Shown in pieces: positions 26,944-34,522 of a stretch of 58,425 nt of DNA. A program made the position numbers and the translations under genes. Source of the DNA: an uncultured Clostridia bacterium (GTDB lineage: Bacteria; Bacillota; Clostridia; Christensenellales; CAG-314); NCBI GenBank assembly GCA_934294965.1, contig CAKRAM010000100.1, positions 1-58,425 of the forward strand, read 5' to 3'. The notes beneath the pieces were generated by a model, which was given only the letters and a program-made list of their open reading frames with translations, was not told the DNA's origin and did no database searches. Each line of letters starts with the position of its first letter. Position 1 is the first letter of the stretch.

Positions 26944-28149
26944 CTACTTTATCATCAATTGGCGATAAATTGCCTTAAACTCCTCTTTGCCCATAATTTT
27001 AGGTACGGGATACAACGGATTGCCTTCCGCCTCCGCATGTCCCACAAGTTCGTCCAAATCCTCTTCCTTAATTTCGGCAAATCCCGTGGGGATGTTCATT
27101 TGCCTGTTCATATCGCGAATCCAGTCGATAAACTTTTCGGCTTTTTGCGCGCGAGTGTCGGCTTTATCGGTTATCTCTATAAGGTCGGCAAGTTCGGCAA
27201 GTTTTTTGTGCGCCTTTTTGCCGTAGGCGGTAAACACGTAAGGCATTATGACCGCATTTGCCAATCCGTGCGCAATGTGATACTTTCCACCTAAACTGTG
27301 TGCGATTGCGTGAACATAGCCCACGTAAGCGCGAGTGAACGCCAAACCCGCCAAATAGGAGGCGTGCTGCATGTTTTCGCGAGCCGGTACGTCGTCGCCG
27401 TGCAAATATGCCTGCAAAAGGTTTTCCTTTATAAGAAGCACCGCTTGGCGAGCTTGCTTTTTGGTTTTGCGCGTGTTTGCCCTGCCTATGTACGCTTCTA
27501 CCGCGTGGCACAGCGCGTCCATACCCGTTGTGGAAGTAATGTGAGGGGGCAATTTTAGCGTGAGAAGCGGATCCAGCACTGCGGCATAAGGGATAAGCAC
27601 AACGTCGTTTATCGCGTACTTGAAGTTTTCCTTTTCGTCGGTTATTACCGCGGCGATTGTGGTTTCGCTGCCAGTGCCGCTTGTTGTGGGAACGGCGTAT
27701 ACCTTGGGCAGTTTTTGGCCGACGTTAAGCACTCCACCCATTTGGCGCAAAGTCTTTTTGGGGCATGCGATACGCGCGCCGACGCCCTTTGCGCAATCCA
27801 TAGGAGAGCCGCCGCCGACGGCGATAATCGCCTGACAGCCGTTTTGACGGTACAATTGTTCGGCTTCGGCTACGTTTGCCGTCGTGGGATTGGGAACGAC
27901 TTTATCGTAAATGCAAAAGTTTACGCCCTGCCTGTTAAGCGCTTCTGTAAGCGGATATAGCATACCGAGCTTCATAAGTCCTTGGTCGGTGACGATAAGC
28001 ACGCTGCTTATGCCGTCGGCTTTAATTGTTGCAGGAAGTTCGGCAAAAGAGCCTTGCCCCGTGATGAGTTTCGGCTCACGCCAAGGTAAAAAGAATTCCG
28101 CCAAATACAGCACTGCTTGATACGTTCTGCATATTAACGCGTTTTTCAC
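26944..28149 (-). CDS. iron-containing (group III) alcohol dehydrogenase
   Basis: GGGSPMDCAKG and conserved His cluster (HAIAHSLGG...HG). Start set to the GTG at 28149, with GGAGG 7 nt upstream. Confidence 0.9.
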   Translation of the reverse strand: MKNALICRTYQAVLYLAEFFLPWREPKLITGQGSFAELPATIKADGISSVLIVTDQGLMKLGMLYPLTEALNRQGVNFCIYDKVVPNPTTANVAEAEQLYRQNGCQAIIAVGGGSPMDCAKGVGARIACPKKTLRQMGGVLNVGQKLPKVYAVPTTSGTGSETTIAAVITDEKENFKYAINDVVLIPYAAVLDPLLTLKLPPHITSTTGMDALCHAVEAYIGRANTRKTKKQARQAVLLIKENLLQAYLHGDDVPARENMQHASYLAGLAFTRAYVGYVHAIAHSLGGKYHIAHGLANAVIMPYVFTAYGKKAHKKLAELADLIEITDKADTRAQKAEKFIDWIRDMNRQMNIPTGFAEIKEEDLDELVGHAEAEGNPLYPVPKIMGKEEFKAIYRQLMIK

Positions 28150-28195
28150 TACTTTTCCTCCGGTAATTCTACGGTTCGGGACAATTTGCCGCAAA

Positions 28196-28408
28196 TCAGT
28201 CGGCTTTGCCGTTTACGTTTTCGTCCAACCACTTTTGCGCAGGCTTGTAGCCAAGTTCGGCGGCAATGCCGATCCAATCGGCGGCTTTATCGTTGCTTTT
28301 TTCCACTTGTTTACCCAAAGAGTACCAAATGCCCAAGCGATACATTGCCGACGGCTTTAACATTTTTGCCTGTTTTTGCAAAGTGCGAAGTTTTTTGGAT
28401 TTAGACAT
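28196..28408 (-). CDS. 70-aa Sel1-like (SLR/TPR) repeat protein
   Basis: A single Sel1-type repeat pattern: AMYRLGIWYSLGKQVEKSNDKAADWIGIAAELGYKPAQKWL. GGAGG upstream of the ATG. Sits between trkH and adh. Confidence 0.6.
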   Translation of the reverse strand: MSKSKKLRTLQKQAKMLKPSAMYRLGIWYSLGKQVEKSNDKAADWIGIAAELGYKPAQKWLDENVNGKAD

Positions 28409-28429
28409 ATCATAGCCTCCGTTATATTG

Positions 28430-29929
28430 CTATTTCTTTATCCAAGTGCCGGGGGATACCGCCAAAATCAGCGGATACAACTCCAACCTGCCCATAAGCA
28501 TCACTATGGACAAAATCAGTTTGGAAAACCAATTGTACATTCCGCAGCCTGCGGCAGGCATGCCGTAAGCCGGTCCGATGTTATTCAGACACGATGCCGC
28601 CAAAGACAGGTTTGCTTCCAATTGGCTTACGCCGTCCACGCTGCCGACGGAATTGCATCCGTCCAAGCAAAGAAGCAAGGTTGCTGCGGCAAGCACCCAA
28701 AAGTACAAAGCCAAGTAGCCCGTTGCGCCGTGAAGGACCTCGTCCGTGAGCGTTTTACCTTCAAATTTTACAACGTTTGCGTTACGCGGATGCAAAATGC
28801 GTTTGAGATCGCGCCTTGCCGAGCAACAAATGATTGCCACACGCGAGACTTTAAGTCCGCCTGCCGTACTGCCGGCACAGCCGCCCACAAACATAAGCAA
28901 AAACAGTATTGTTCGGGATAACGCAGGCCAAACGTTGATTGTTCCCGACGCCGGGATAGTGCTGTAACCCGTTGTGGAAACGAAGGACGCCGTTTGAAAA
29001 GCCGCGTGCCGTATACTTTCCGAAACGGTCATCGTGTAGGAAAACCGTTGATACAAATCGACGGAAATTCCCGCGCAGGAAACAAGCACTATACACACGA
29101 AAATCCACAATTCCTGCGAGGAAAACGCCGCTTTCAGTTTGCGCATGATGATTAGGAAGTACACGTTGAAGTTTACGGCAAACAAAAGCATAAACACAGT
29201 GATTACCCACTGACAAAACGAATTGTAACTTGCAATGCTGTCCGCACGAACGCCGAAACCGCCGGTACCTGCCGTGCCCAGAGAAATTACCACACTGTCG
29301 AACAGAGGCATTCCGCCCGTCAAAAGCAAAATTGCCTGCAAAACGGTCATCACTATGTAGATGATATACAAAATTTTTGCGGTATCGCGCGCCTTTGGAA
29401 CGATTTTATCCACCGACGGACCGGGCATTTCCGCACGCAAAACGTGCATACTGCGATCGGTTGCGACAGGCGTTACGGCAAGCACAAACACAATTATGCC
29501 CATGCCTCCTATCCAGTGAGTAAAACTACGCCAAAACAGCAAACTTTTGCCACTTGCGTACAACGCCTCTATGCGCGAACCGCTCAAAACGGTTGCTCCG
29601 GTTGTGGAAAAACCGCTGGACATTTCGAAAAACGCATCGATAAAACTCATTTCACCGCTCAAAACAAAGGGCAACGCGCCGATTGCCGCCGCATAGAGCC
29701 AAGCAAAAGCCACGATGATGAAGCCCTCTTTGGCAAAAATAACGCCCGTACGCGGCTTACATGCAAATATCAGCGGCGCGCTTACGGCAAGCGCAACGGC
29801 GATAGCGACTAAAAACGTCCACCAAGAGGATTCTCCCAAACAAAGGGCAAGCGTTGCGGGCACAACCATCATTGCGGCAACGACCGCGGAAACCTTGCCT
29901 AGGGAGTTTAGTATCATTCGGTAATTCAT
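28430..29929 (-). CDS. trkH: TrkH/KtrB family potassium uptake membrane subunit
   Basis: 499 aa, polytopic, with repeated pore-loop segments (SGFSTTGATV, GTAGTGGFG, VSTTGYST, CAGSTAGGLK). Confidence 0.9.
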   Translation of the reverse strand: MNYRMILNSLGKVSAVVAAMMVVPATLALCLGESSWWTFLVAIAVALAVSAPLIFACKPRTGVIFAKEGFIIVAFAWLYAAAIGALPFVLSGEMSFIDAFFEMSSGFSTTGATVLSGSRIEALYASGKSLLFWRSFTHWIGGMGIIVFVLAVTPVATDRSMHVLRAEMPGPSVDKIVPKARDTAKILYIIYIVMTVLQAILLLTGGMPLFDSVVISLGTAGTGGFGVRADSIASYNSFCQWVITVFMLLFAVNFNVYFLIIMRKLKAAFSSQELWIFVCIVLVSCAGISVDLYQRFSYTMTVSESIRHAAFQTASFVSTTGYSTIPASGTINVWPALSRTILFLLMFVGGCAGSTAGGLKVSRVAIICCSARRDLKRILHPRNANVVKFEGKTLTDEVLHGATGYLALYFWVLAAATLLLCLDGCNSVGSVDGVSQLEANLSLAASCLNNIGPAYGMPAAGCGMYNWFSKLILSIVMLMGRLELYPLILAVSPGTWIKK

Positions 29930-29931
29930 TG

Positions 29932-31290
29932 TTACCTCAATATTTCCGAAAGGTCGAACAGCCTTGAGCCGACGGCAACTACGATAACTTTGTCGCCTGT
30001 CATAATCACGTCCGAGCCGGAAGGAATGATTGTTTCGTTGCCGCGAATAATGCCGGCAATAATGTAGTTGGGTTTAAGTTTTAGGTTCTTTAACGGCACG
30101 TCGGACAGAGCGCAATCGGCAAGCACCGAAAACTCCAACGCTTCGGCTTTGTCGTCGGCAAGCGCGTAGCGAGTTTCCACCTTGTTGCCCAGCGAACTAC
30201 GCAGCGCGCGGGCGTATCGGGTGATTACGTCGGCAACTATTTTTTGCGACGTGACGATGCAATCCAGCCCCAGTTTGCCTGCAAGAGTTGCCAATTCCGT
30301 GTGGCTGACTTTGGAAATAACCTGCGGAACGTGTTCGTTCATCGCATAGAATGACATCAAAATGTTATCCTCGTCCTTGCCGGTCAACGCAACGAAAGCC
30401 GCGGTGGACTTTATGCCCTCTTCCAAAAGTAAGTCGAGATTGGTGCCGTCGCCGCAAATCATGGTTGCATGAGGAAGTTTTTCGGCAACTTCGGTGCAGC
30501 GATGTTCGTCCATTTCGATAATCTTTACCGAAAAGTTGTTGGCAAGCAACATTTTTGCCAAGTAGTATGCGGTGTTGCTTGCTCCCAAAAGGATGACGTC
30601 CTTTGCCTGCCTTTGCACGACCTGCATCGCCTTCAAAAACTTGTGCGCTTCCGATACGCGCACCATAAAGGCAATTTTGTCGCCGCCGCGAAGTTTGTAA
30701 GAACCGGTAGGCACGCAAACCTCGTCGCCGCGCTGCACAACGCAAGCCAAAAACGGCACGGACGATTTGCTACGAATATCCGCAAGCGTTGCGCCGTCCA
30801 AGGGGGATTTGTCCTTGATGATGAACTCCATAATTTGAAGTCGCTTGCCGGCAAACGTTTCCACTCCTATGGTGGAAGGCATTTTGAGCAAATTGAACAA
30901 CGCTTCCGCCGTCATCGACTCCGGGTTGAGCGCCATGGACAAATCCAATTCCTTTATCAGGTAGTCCAAGCCGCTGTCGTTGTAGTCCGACTGGCGTATC
31001 CGCGCAACGGTGTATCTTGCGCCCATCTTTTTGGCAACAAAGCAGGACAGCATGTTGATTTCGTCCGACTCGGTGACGGCAACGAACAAATCGGCATCGG
31101 GAGCGCCTGCGCTAAGCAGCATTTCCCTGCTGGTTGCACTGCCGCAAACAGCCATCACGTCGTAGGACGTGGCGACCGATTCCACCACCTGCATGTCCAA
31201 ATCCATAGCGGTTACGTCGTGTCCTTCCTCGGTTAAACTGTCGATGATTGCTTTGCCTATTTTGCCGCATCCGACAACGATAACTTTCAT
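29932..31290 (-). CDS. trkA: Trk system NAD-binding subunit TrkA (two RCK domains)
   Basis: MKVIVVGCGKIGKAI Rossmann motif, with a second copy (VILLGASNTAYYLAK). Start trimmed to the ATG at 31290, with AGGAG upstream. Confidence 0.9.
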   Translation of the reverse strand: MKVIVVGCGKIGKAIIDSLTEEGHDVTAMDLDMQVVESVATSYDVMAVCGSATSREMLLSAGAPDADLFVAVTESDEINMLSCFVAKKMGARYTVARIRQSDYNDSGLDYLIKELDLSMALNPESMTAEALFNLLKMPSTIGVETFAGKRLQIMEFIIKDKSPLDGATLADIRSKSSVPFLACVVQRGDEVCVPTGSYKLRGGDKIAFMVRVSEAHKFLKAMQVVQRQAKDVILLGASNTAYYLAKMLLANNFSVKIIEMDEHRCTEVAEKLPHATMICGDGTNLDLLLEEGIKSTAAFVALTGKDEDNILMSFYAMNEHVPQVISKVSHTELATLAGKLGLDCIVTSQKIVADVITRYARALRSSLGNKVETRYALADDKAEALEFSVLADCALSDVPLKNLKLKPNYIIAGIIRGNETIIPSGSDVIMTGDKVIVVAVGSRLFDLSEILR

Positions 31291-31364
31291 AAATACTCCT
31301 ATATGCCTGTGTATCGACAACTATAACGCAGTTTGCACGATTATGACAAACCGCCTTTTGAGCA

Positions 31365-31393
31365 ATTATACCACAATATTCGGCTTGTGCCAA
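31365..31393 (-). promoter_or_regulatory. sigma-A type promoter for the trkA operon
   Basis: On the minus strand: TTGGCA, 17-nt spacer, TGgTATAAT. About 65-nt leader. Confidence 0.6.
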
Positions 31394-31466
31394 CATAAAT
31401 GACAGTTTTGATACAATTAGAAACAAATCGACGGCTTTCGACGGCGCCACGCGCACTTGTTATTTG

Positions 31467-31650
31467 CGTTTTAGTGCGCACATATAGGGGCTTATTGCAC
31501 AAGGCGACCAAAAAAAAACCGAAGGCGCAAACGAACAATGTTTGCGCCTTAAATGTAAATTGCATTGGTTGAATTGAGGAATTAGTTCGCAAATAAGCCG
31601 CAACGACAAACAAAACTTGCCGTTTAGTTCGCATATATGGGGACTAATTG
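31467..31650 (+). repeat. three copies of a short related motif (TTAGT[TG]CGCA...)
   Basis: 31467-31498 cgttttagtgcgcacatataggggcttattgc. 31581-31605 attagttcgcaaataagccgcaacg. 31620-31650 ccgtttagttcgcatatatggggactaattg. Related to the motifs at 53520, 56436 and 58066. Confidence 0.5.
31509..31550 (-). terminator. strong intrinsic terminator downstream of the PPTase gene
   Basis: On the minus strand: AAGGCGCAAAC / GTTTGCGCCTT 11-bp stem, then cggTTTTTTTTT. Confidence 0.8.
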
Positions 31651-31687
31651 AATATTTTGCCGATACGTAAAGGCAAAACGGCGCTTA

Positions 31688-32344
31688 CTAGTGCTTGAAA
31701 ACATCCACCTTTGTTGCCGAAACGGAACGCTCCAAGTAGTTGCCGTTACTGTCCGAGTGAACAAAAAACAAATCGATGGGACTTGGCGTAGCAACCGAAA
31801 CGACAAGGCTATCGATTTTGTAAACGCTGACGTCTGCACCATTAACAGGCAGTTTTGACGGAATAAACGCACACGTACCATCACTAATTTGCTTAAACGC
31901 CGCTTCCTTTGCCGTCCAAAGCGCGGCAATGTTGCCCTCGCTAGGGAAAACATCCCGTTCCTCCGAGCAGGCAATCCGCTCCAGCAACTTGGGCGTAAAT
32001 CTCGGCGAAACGCACTCCACGTCCACACCTACGGGCAATGCCGACAGGCCAACCGCAACGTAGCCGTTTGTGTGAGAGAGCGAAAAATTGCACTCGGCGC
32101 ACGTCCATTTTTGCCCGGTTACGCTAAAAATAATTTGCTCGGCAGGCACTCCTACGTACTTTTGCAAAGCATAGCACAAAAGCCGCCATGCGTGATACTT
32201 TTGCGCTTTTACGTCGGCGTTGGAAACGTTTGCAACTTGCTTTTGTCGCTCGTCGGGAAACAGCGGCAAAAACACGTCGGTTTGTGGCGGAATTTGCATA
32301 ACGTATACCACCGTATGCGTTTTTTTTGTCAGTAATTCTTCCAT
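31688..32344 (-). CDS. 4'-phosphopantetheinyl transferase, Sfp type
   Basis: VGVDVE and LWTAKEAAFK motifs. Start trimmed to the ATG at 32344, with GGGAGG upstream. Confidence 0.8.
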   Translation of the reverse strand: MEELLTKKTHTVVYVMQIPPQTDVFLPLFPDERQKQVANVSNADVKAQKYHAWRLLCYALQKYVGVPAEQIIFSVTGQKWTCAECNFSLSHTNGYVAVGLSALPVGVDVECVSPRFTPKLLERIACSEERDVFPSEGNIAALWTAKEAAFKQISDGTCAFIPSKLPVNGADVSVYKIDSLVVSVATPSPIDLFFVHSDSNGNYLERSVSATKVDVFKH

Positions 32345-32504
32345 ACGCCTCCCAAAATTGCCCCACTTGCCGCATTGCAAACACGGCTTTTTACCACATT
32401 GTAGCACAACTTGACCTTGCCCGCAAGAATTTGTCCTTAGGTATAAAATCGACTCCTAAATACGTTCCATTTTTCCCAACTGCCACAAAACTGCCGAGGC
32501 AACG

Positions 32505-33503
32505 CTACTTTGTCCAAGCGGAGAAGGCTTGTGCGCACATTGCTTCAATGTACTCACGTTTTGCCAAATCATTCTTCCACTGCTCGGGAATGGCGTCGTA
32601 GCCGTACAAAGCGCCTGCCAAGCCGCCAACGACCGCCGCCGTTGTGTCGGTGTCCCTGCCAAGGTTTACCGATTTTAGCACGCATTCCTCGTAACTGTTG
32701 GTGGTCATAAGGCACCACACCGCCGCATCCAGAGTGTCTGCAACGTAGCCGCCGCTTTGAACCATATCTTCGCAGGCAGGCACGTACTCCGCCTTGGGCG
32801 CTTGCGACGAGCCGAACGTTACCGACTGCAGCGTTAAGCAATTGCGAATGGCGTCCGAGGCAAAATCCGGCCCGTATTTTTGCTTTACAAAGTAGTCACT
32901 GGCGGCAAACAAAATTCCGTCCACAACCGACTGTTTGCAGGGCTCACAAAGCAGCGACCACAATATGTACGAATAGATCCCGCAGGCGATTTTGGAACGC
33001 GCGTGCGCGTGAGTAAGTGCGGATGTGTTGTGGATTATCCGCGTTGCATTGGTGATTTCCATGCCGCTTTGGTACAAATACAAACTCATTGGATGAATAC
33101 GCATAAGCGAGCCGTTTCCGTTAGCGTCGACGTCGGCTATGCCGCATTTTAGCGCAGGCTTGCCCGAGCGGTAGTTTTTTATTGCCTCGCAACAGGTTGT
33201 GCCGGCATCGAACACCTCGCCCGTGGCCGTGTACTTTGCCCCGAACAGCCATTGCACAAAGTTGTTCATAATGTCGTCGTAGTCTACCGTGTTTTTTGTT
33301 AAACTGTCCAGCGTGCAAAGCGACATGCTTGTGTCGTCCGACCAACATCCGAGCGGCACTTGTGCGTAAGTTCCGCGCCCCATCATGTACGTTACCGGTT
33401 GCGTGCGCAAATATTCGCGAGGAGTAAACTCCATGGGAACGCCCATCGCGTCGCCAACCGCATGCCCTATCATAACCGATTTTATTTGTTCCAGCGTAAT
33501 CAT
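32505..33503 (-). CDS. ADP-ribosylglycohydrolase family protein
   Basis: IGHAVGDAMGVPMEF N-terminal motif and C-terminal GRDTDTTAAVVGGLAGALYG motif. GGAGG upstream of the ATG. Confidence 0.85.
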   Translation of the reverse strand: MITLEQIKSVMIGHAVGDAMGVPMEFTPREYLRTQPVTYMMGRGTYAQVPLGCWSDDTSMSLCTLDSLTKNTVDYDDIMNNFVQWLFGAKYTATGEVFDAGTTCCEAIKNYRSGKPALKCGIADVDANGNGSLMRIHPMSLYLYQSGMEITNATRIIHNTSALTHAHARSKIACGIYSYILWSLLCEPCKQSVVDGILFAASDYFVKQKYGPDFASDAIRNCLTLQSVTFGSSQAPKAEYVPACEDMVQSGGYVADTLDAAVWCLMTTNSYEECVLKSVNLGRDTDTTAAVVGGLAGALYGYDAIPEQWKNDLAKREYIEAMCAQAFSAWTK

Positions 33504-33807
33504 CCAAACACCTCCTACCGCAGTTTTTGTTCTTCAAAGCCGCTATATTATACCACGGTTTTGCAAAATGTCAAGATGCCGAACAAGCCACCCTATTCTG
33601 GGCAAAAACATAGTTCAAATTCTCCTGCGATTATGCGCTACTATTATCCGCAATTTATTGCGGTGTATCATCAAAACGAAGCGTTGCACATCATCCATTT
33701 CGAAGAAATTGCATATCATCAAACCACACCAGATTGCTATATGCACGGTTGCGCCGTGATGATATACTCGCCTATGGCGAGATGATATGCCAAACCTGCG
33801 GTTTGGA

Positions 33808-33845
33808 TAAAAAAAAAATACTGCAAAACGATTGTTTTGCAGTAT
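33808..33845 (-). terminator. intrinsic terminator after the tRNA operon
   Basis: On the minus strand: ATACTGCAAAAC / GTTTTGCAGTAT 12-bp stem followed by T10. Confidence 0.8.
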
Positions 33846-33850
33846 TATTT

Positions 33851-33926
33851 TGGTGGGGAGTACAGGGCTCGAACCTGTGACCCCCTGCTTGTAAGGCAGA
33901 TGCTCTCCCAGCTGAGCTAACTCCCC
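33851..33926 (-). tRNA. tRNA-Val (anticodon TAC), CCA encoded
   Basis: Hand-folded cloverleaf: GGGGAGT/ACTCCCC acceptor, TCTGC-CTTACAA-GCAGG anticodon arm, ACAGG-TTCGAGC-CCTGT T arm, ACCA 3' end. 76 nt. Confidence 0.9.
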
Positions 33927-33928
33927 AT

Positions 33929-34003
33929 TGGTGACTCCTACGAGAATCGAACTCGTGTTACCGCCGTGAAAGGGCGATGTCTTGACCGCTTGACCAAGGA
34001 GCC
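33929..34003 (-). tRNA. tRNA-Glu (anticodon TTC), CCA encoded
   Basis: GGCTCCT/AGGAGTC acceptor, TCGCC-CTTTCAC-GGCGG anticodon arm, CGAG-TTCGATT-CTCG T arm. 75 nt. Confidence 0.9.
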
Positions 34004-34009
34004 GTTTAC

Positions 34010-34086
34010 TGGTAGCGGCGGTCGGATTCGAACCAACGACCTGCCGGGTATGAACCGGCCGCTATAACCATCTAAGCTACGCCGCC
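34010..34086 (-). tRNA. tRNA-Met (anticodon CAT), probably elongator, CCA encoded
   Basis: GGCGGCG/CGCCGCT acceptor, GCCGG-TTCATAC-CCGGC anticodon arm, GTTGG-TTCGAAT-CCGAC T arm. It lacks the three consecutive G-C pairs of initiator tRNA. A lysidine-modified Ile2 identity cannot be excluded by eye. Confidence 0.85.
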
Positions 34087-34144
34087 ATATTGCTTTCCCA
34101 CACAAGTCAAGGTTTTCCCTAGTGCCACTGTCAAAAGCTTAATT

Positions 34145-34173
34145 ATTGTACCAAATAAAAAGATTGTTGTCAA
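34145..34173 (-). promoter_or_regulatory. near-consensus sigma-A promoter for the tRNA operon
   Basis: On the minus strand: TTGACA, 17-nt spacer, TGgTACAAT. About 50 nt upstream of tRNA-Met. Confidence 0.7.
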
Positions 34174-34522
34174 CGCTTTTTTTGCAATTTTGCAAAATTT
34201 GTTTCAATTGTGCCACCGCTGTCTACCGCAGTGAAACTTGCGCTTATACGCGCCGCAAAGATGTGACAATTGCAACAATATCGATTACTATTTAGTAATT
34301 GCAGCCACCCGTGCAATCGTCAATCGGGTTGACCTACAGCGGCGACACGAAATGTTTTAAGGCTGTTTCTACTGCCTAGACAGCGAGCGACGAGAACGAC
34401 GTACTGCGCGCGCTTGGGTGCGGTTACAACCACGGCGAGTTCAAATGAAAACTGCCTAAGTAATAGACATGTGAACTTCCGTGCTTTATGCGACCGAAAA
34501 CAAAAATGCCAATACGCACTAC

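Noticed and set aside
26693-26944. 83-aa hydrophobic minus-strand ORF directly after adh.
   Set aside because: It overlaps the adh stop codon and is translated straight through the adh terminator hairpin. It has no SD.
31291-31510. c-di-AMP (ydaO/kimA-type) riboswitch upstream of trkA, as is often found before K+ transporters.
   Set aside because: The promoter leaves only a leader of about 65 nt. None of the conserved ACGGGGA / CCCA / GAATC-type segments I recall are present.
34190-34522. tmRNA, SRP RNA, RNase P RNA, 6S RNA, T-box or cobalamin riboswitch identity for the structured gap next to the tRNAs.
   Set aside because: There is no tRNA-like 3' end (GGTTCGA..CCACCA) and no plausible ...ALAA tag frame. 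There is no GGAAGCAGCC SRP domain IV motif and no GAGGAAAGTCC P4 motif. The GGTGGCAC stretch does not extend to the T-box consensus. It is left as an unassigned candidate only.
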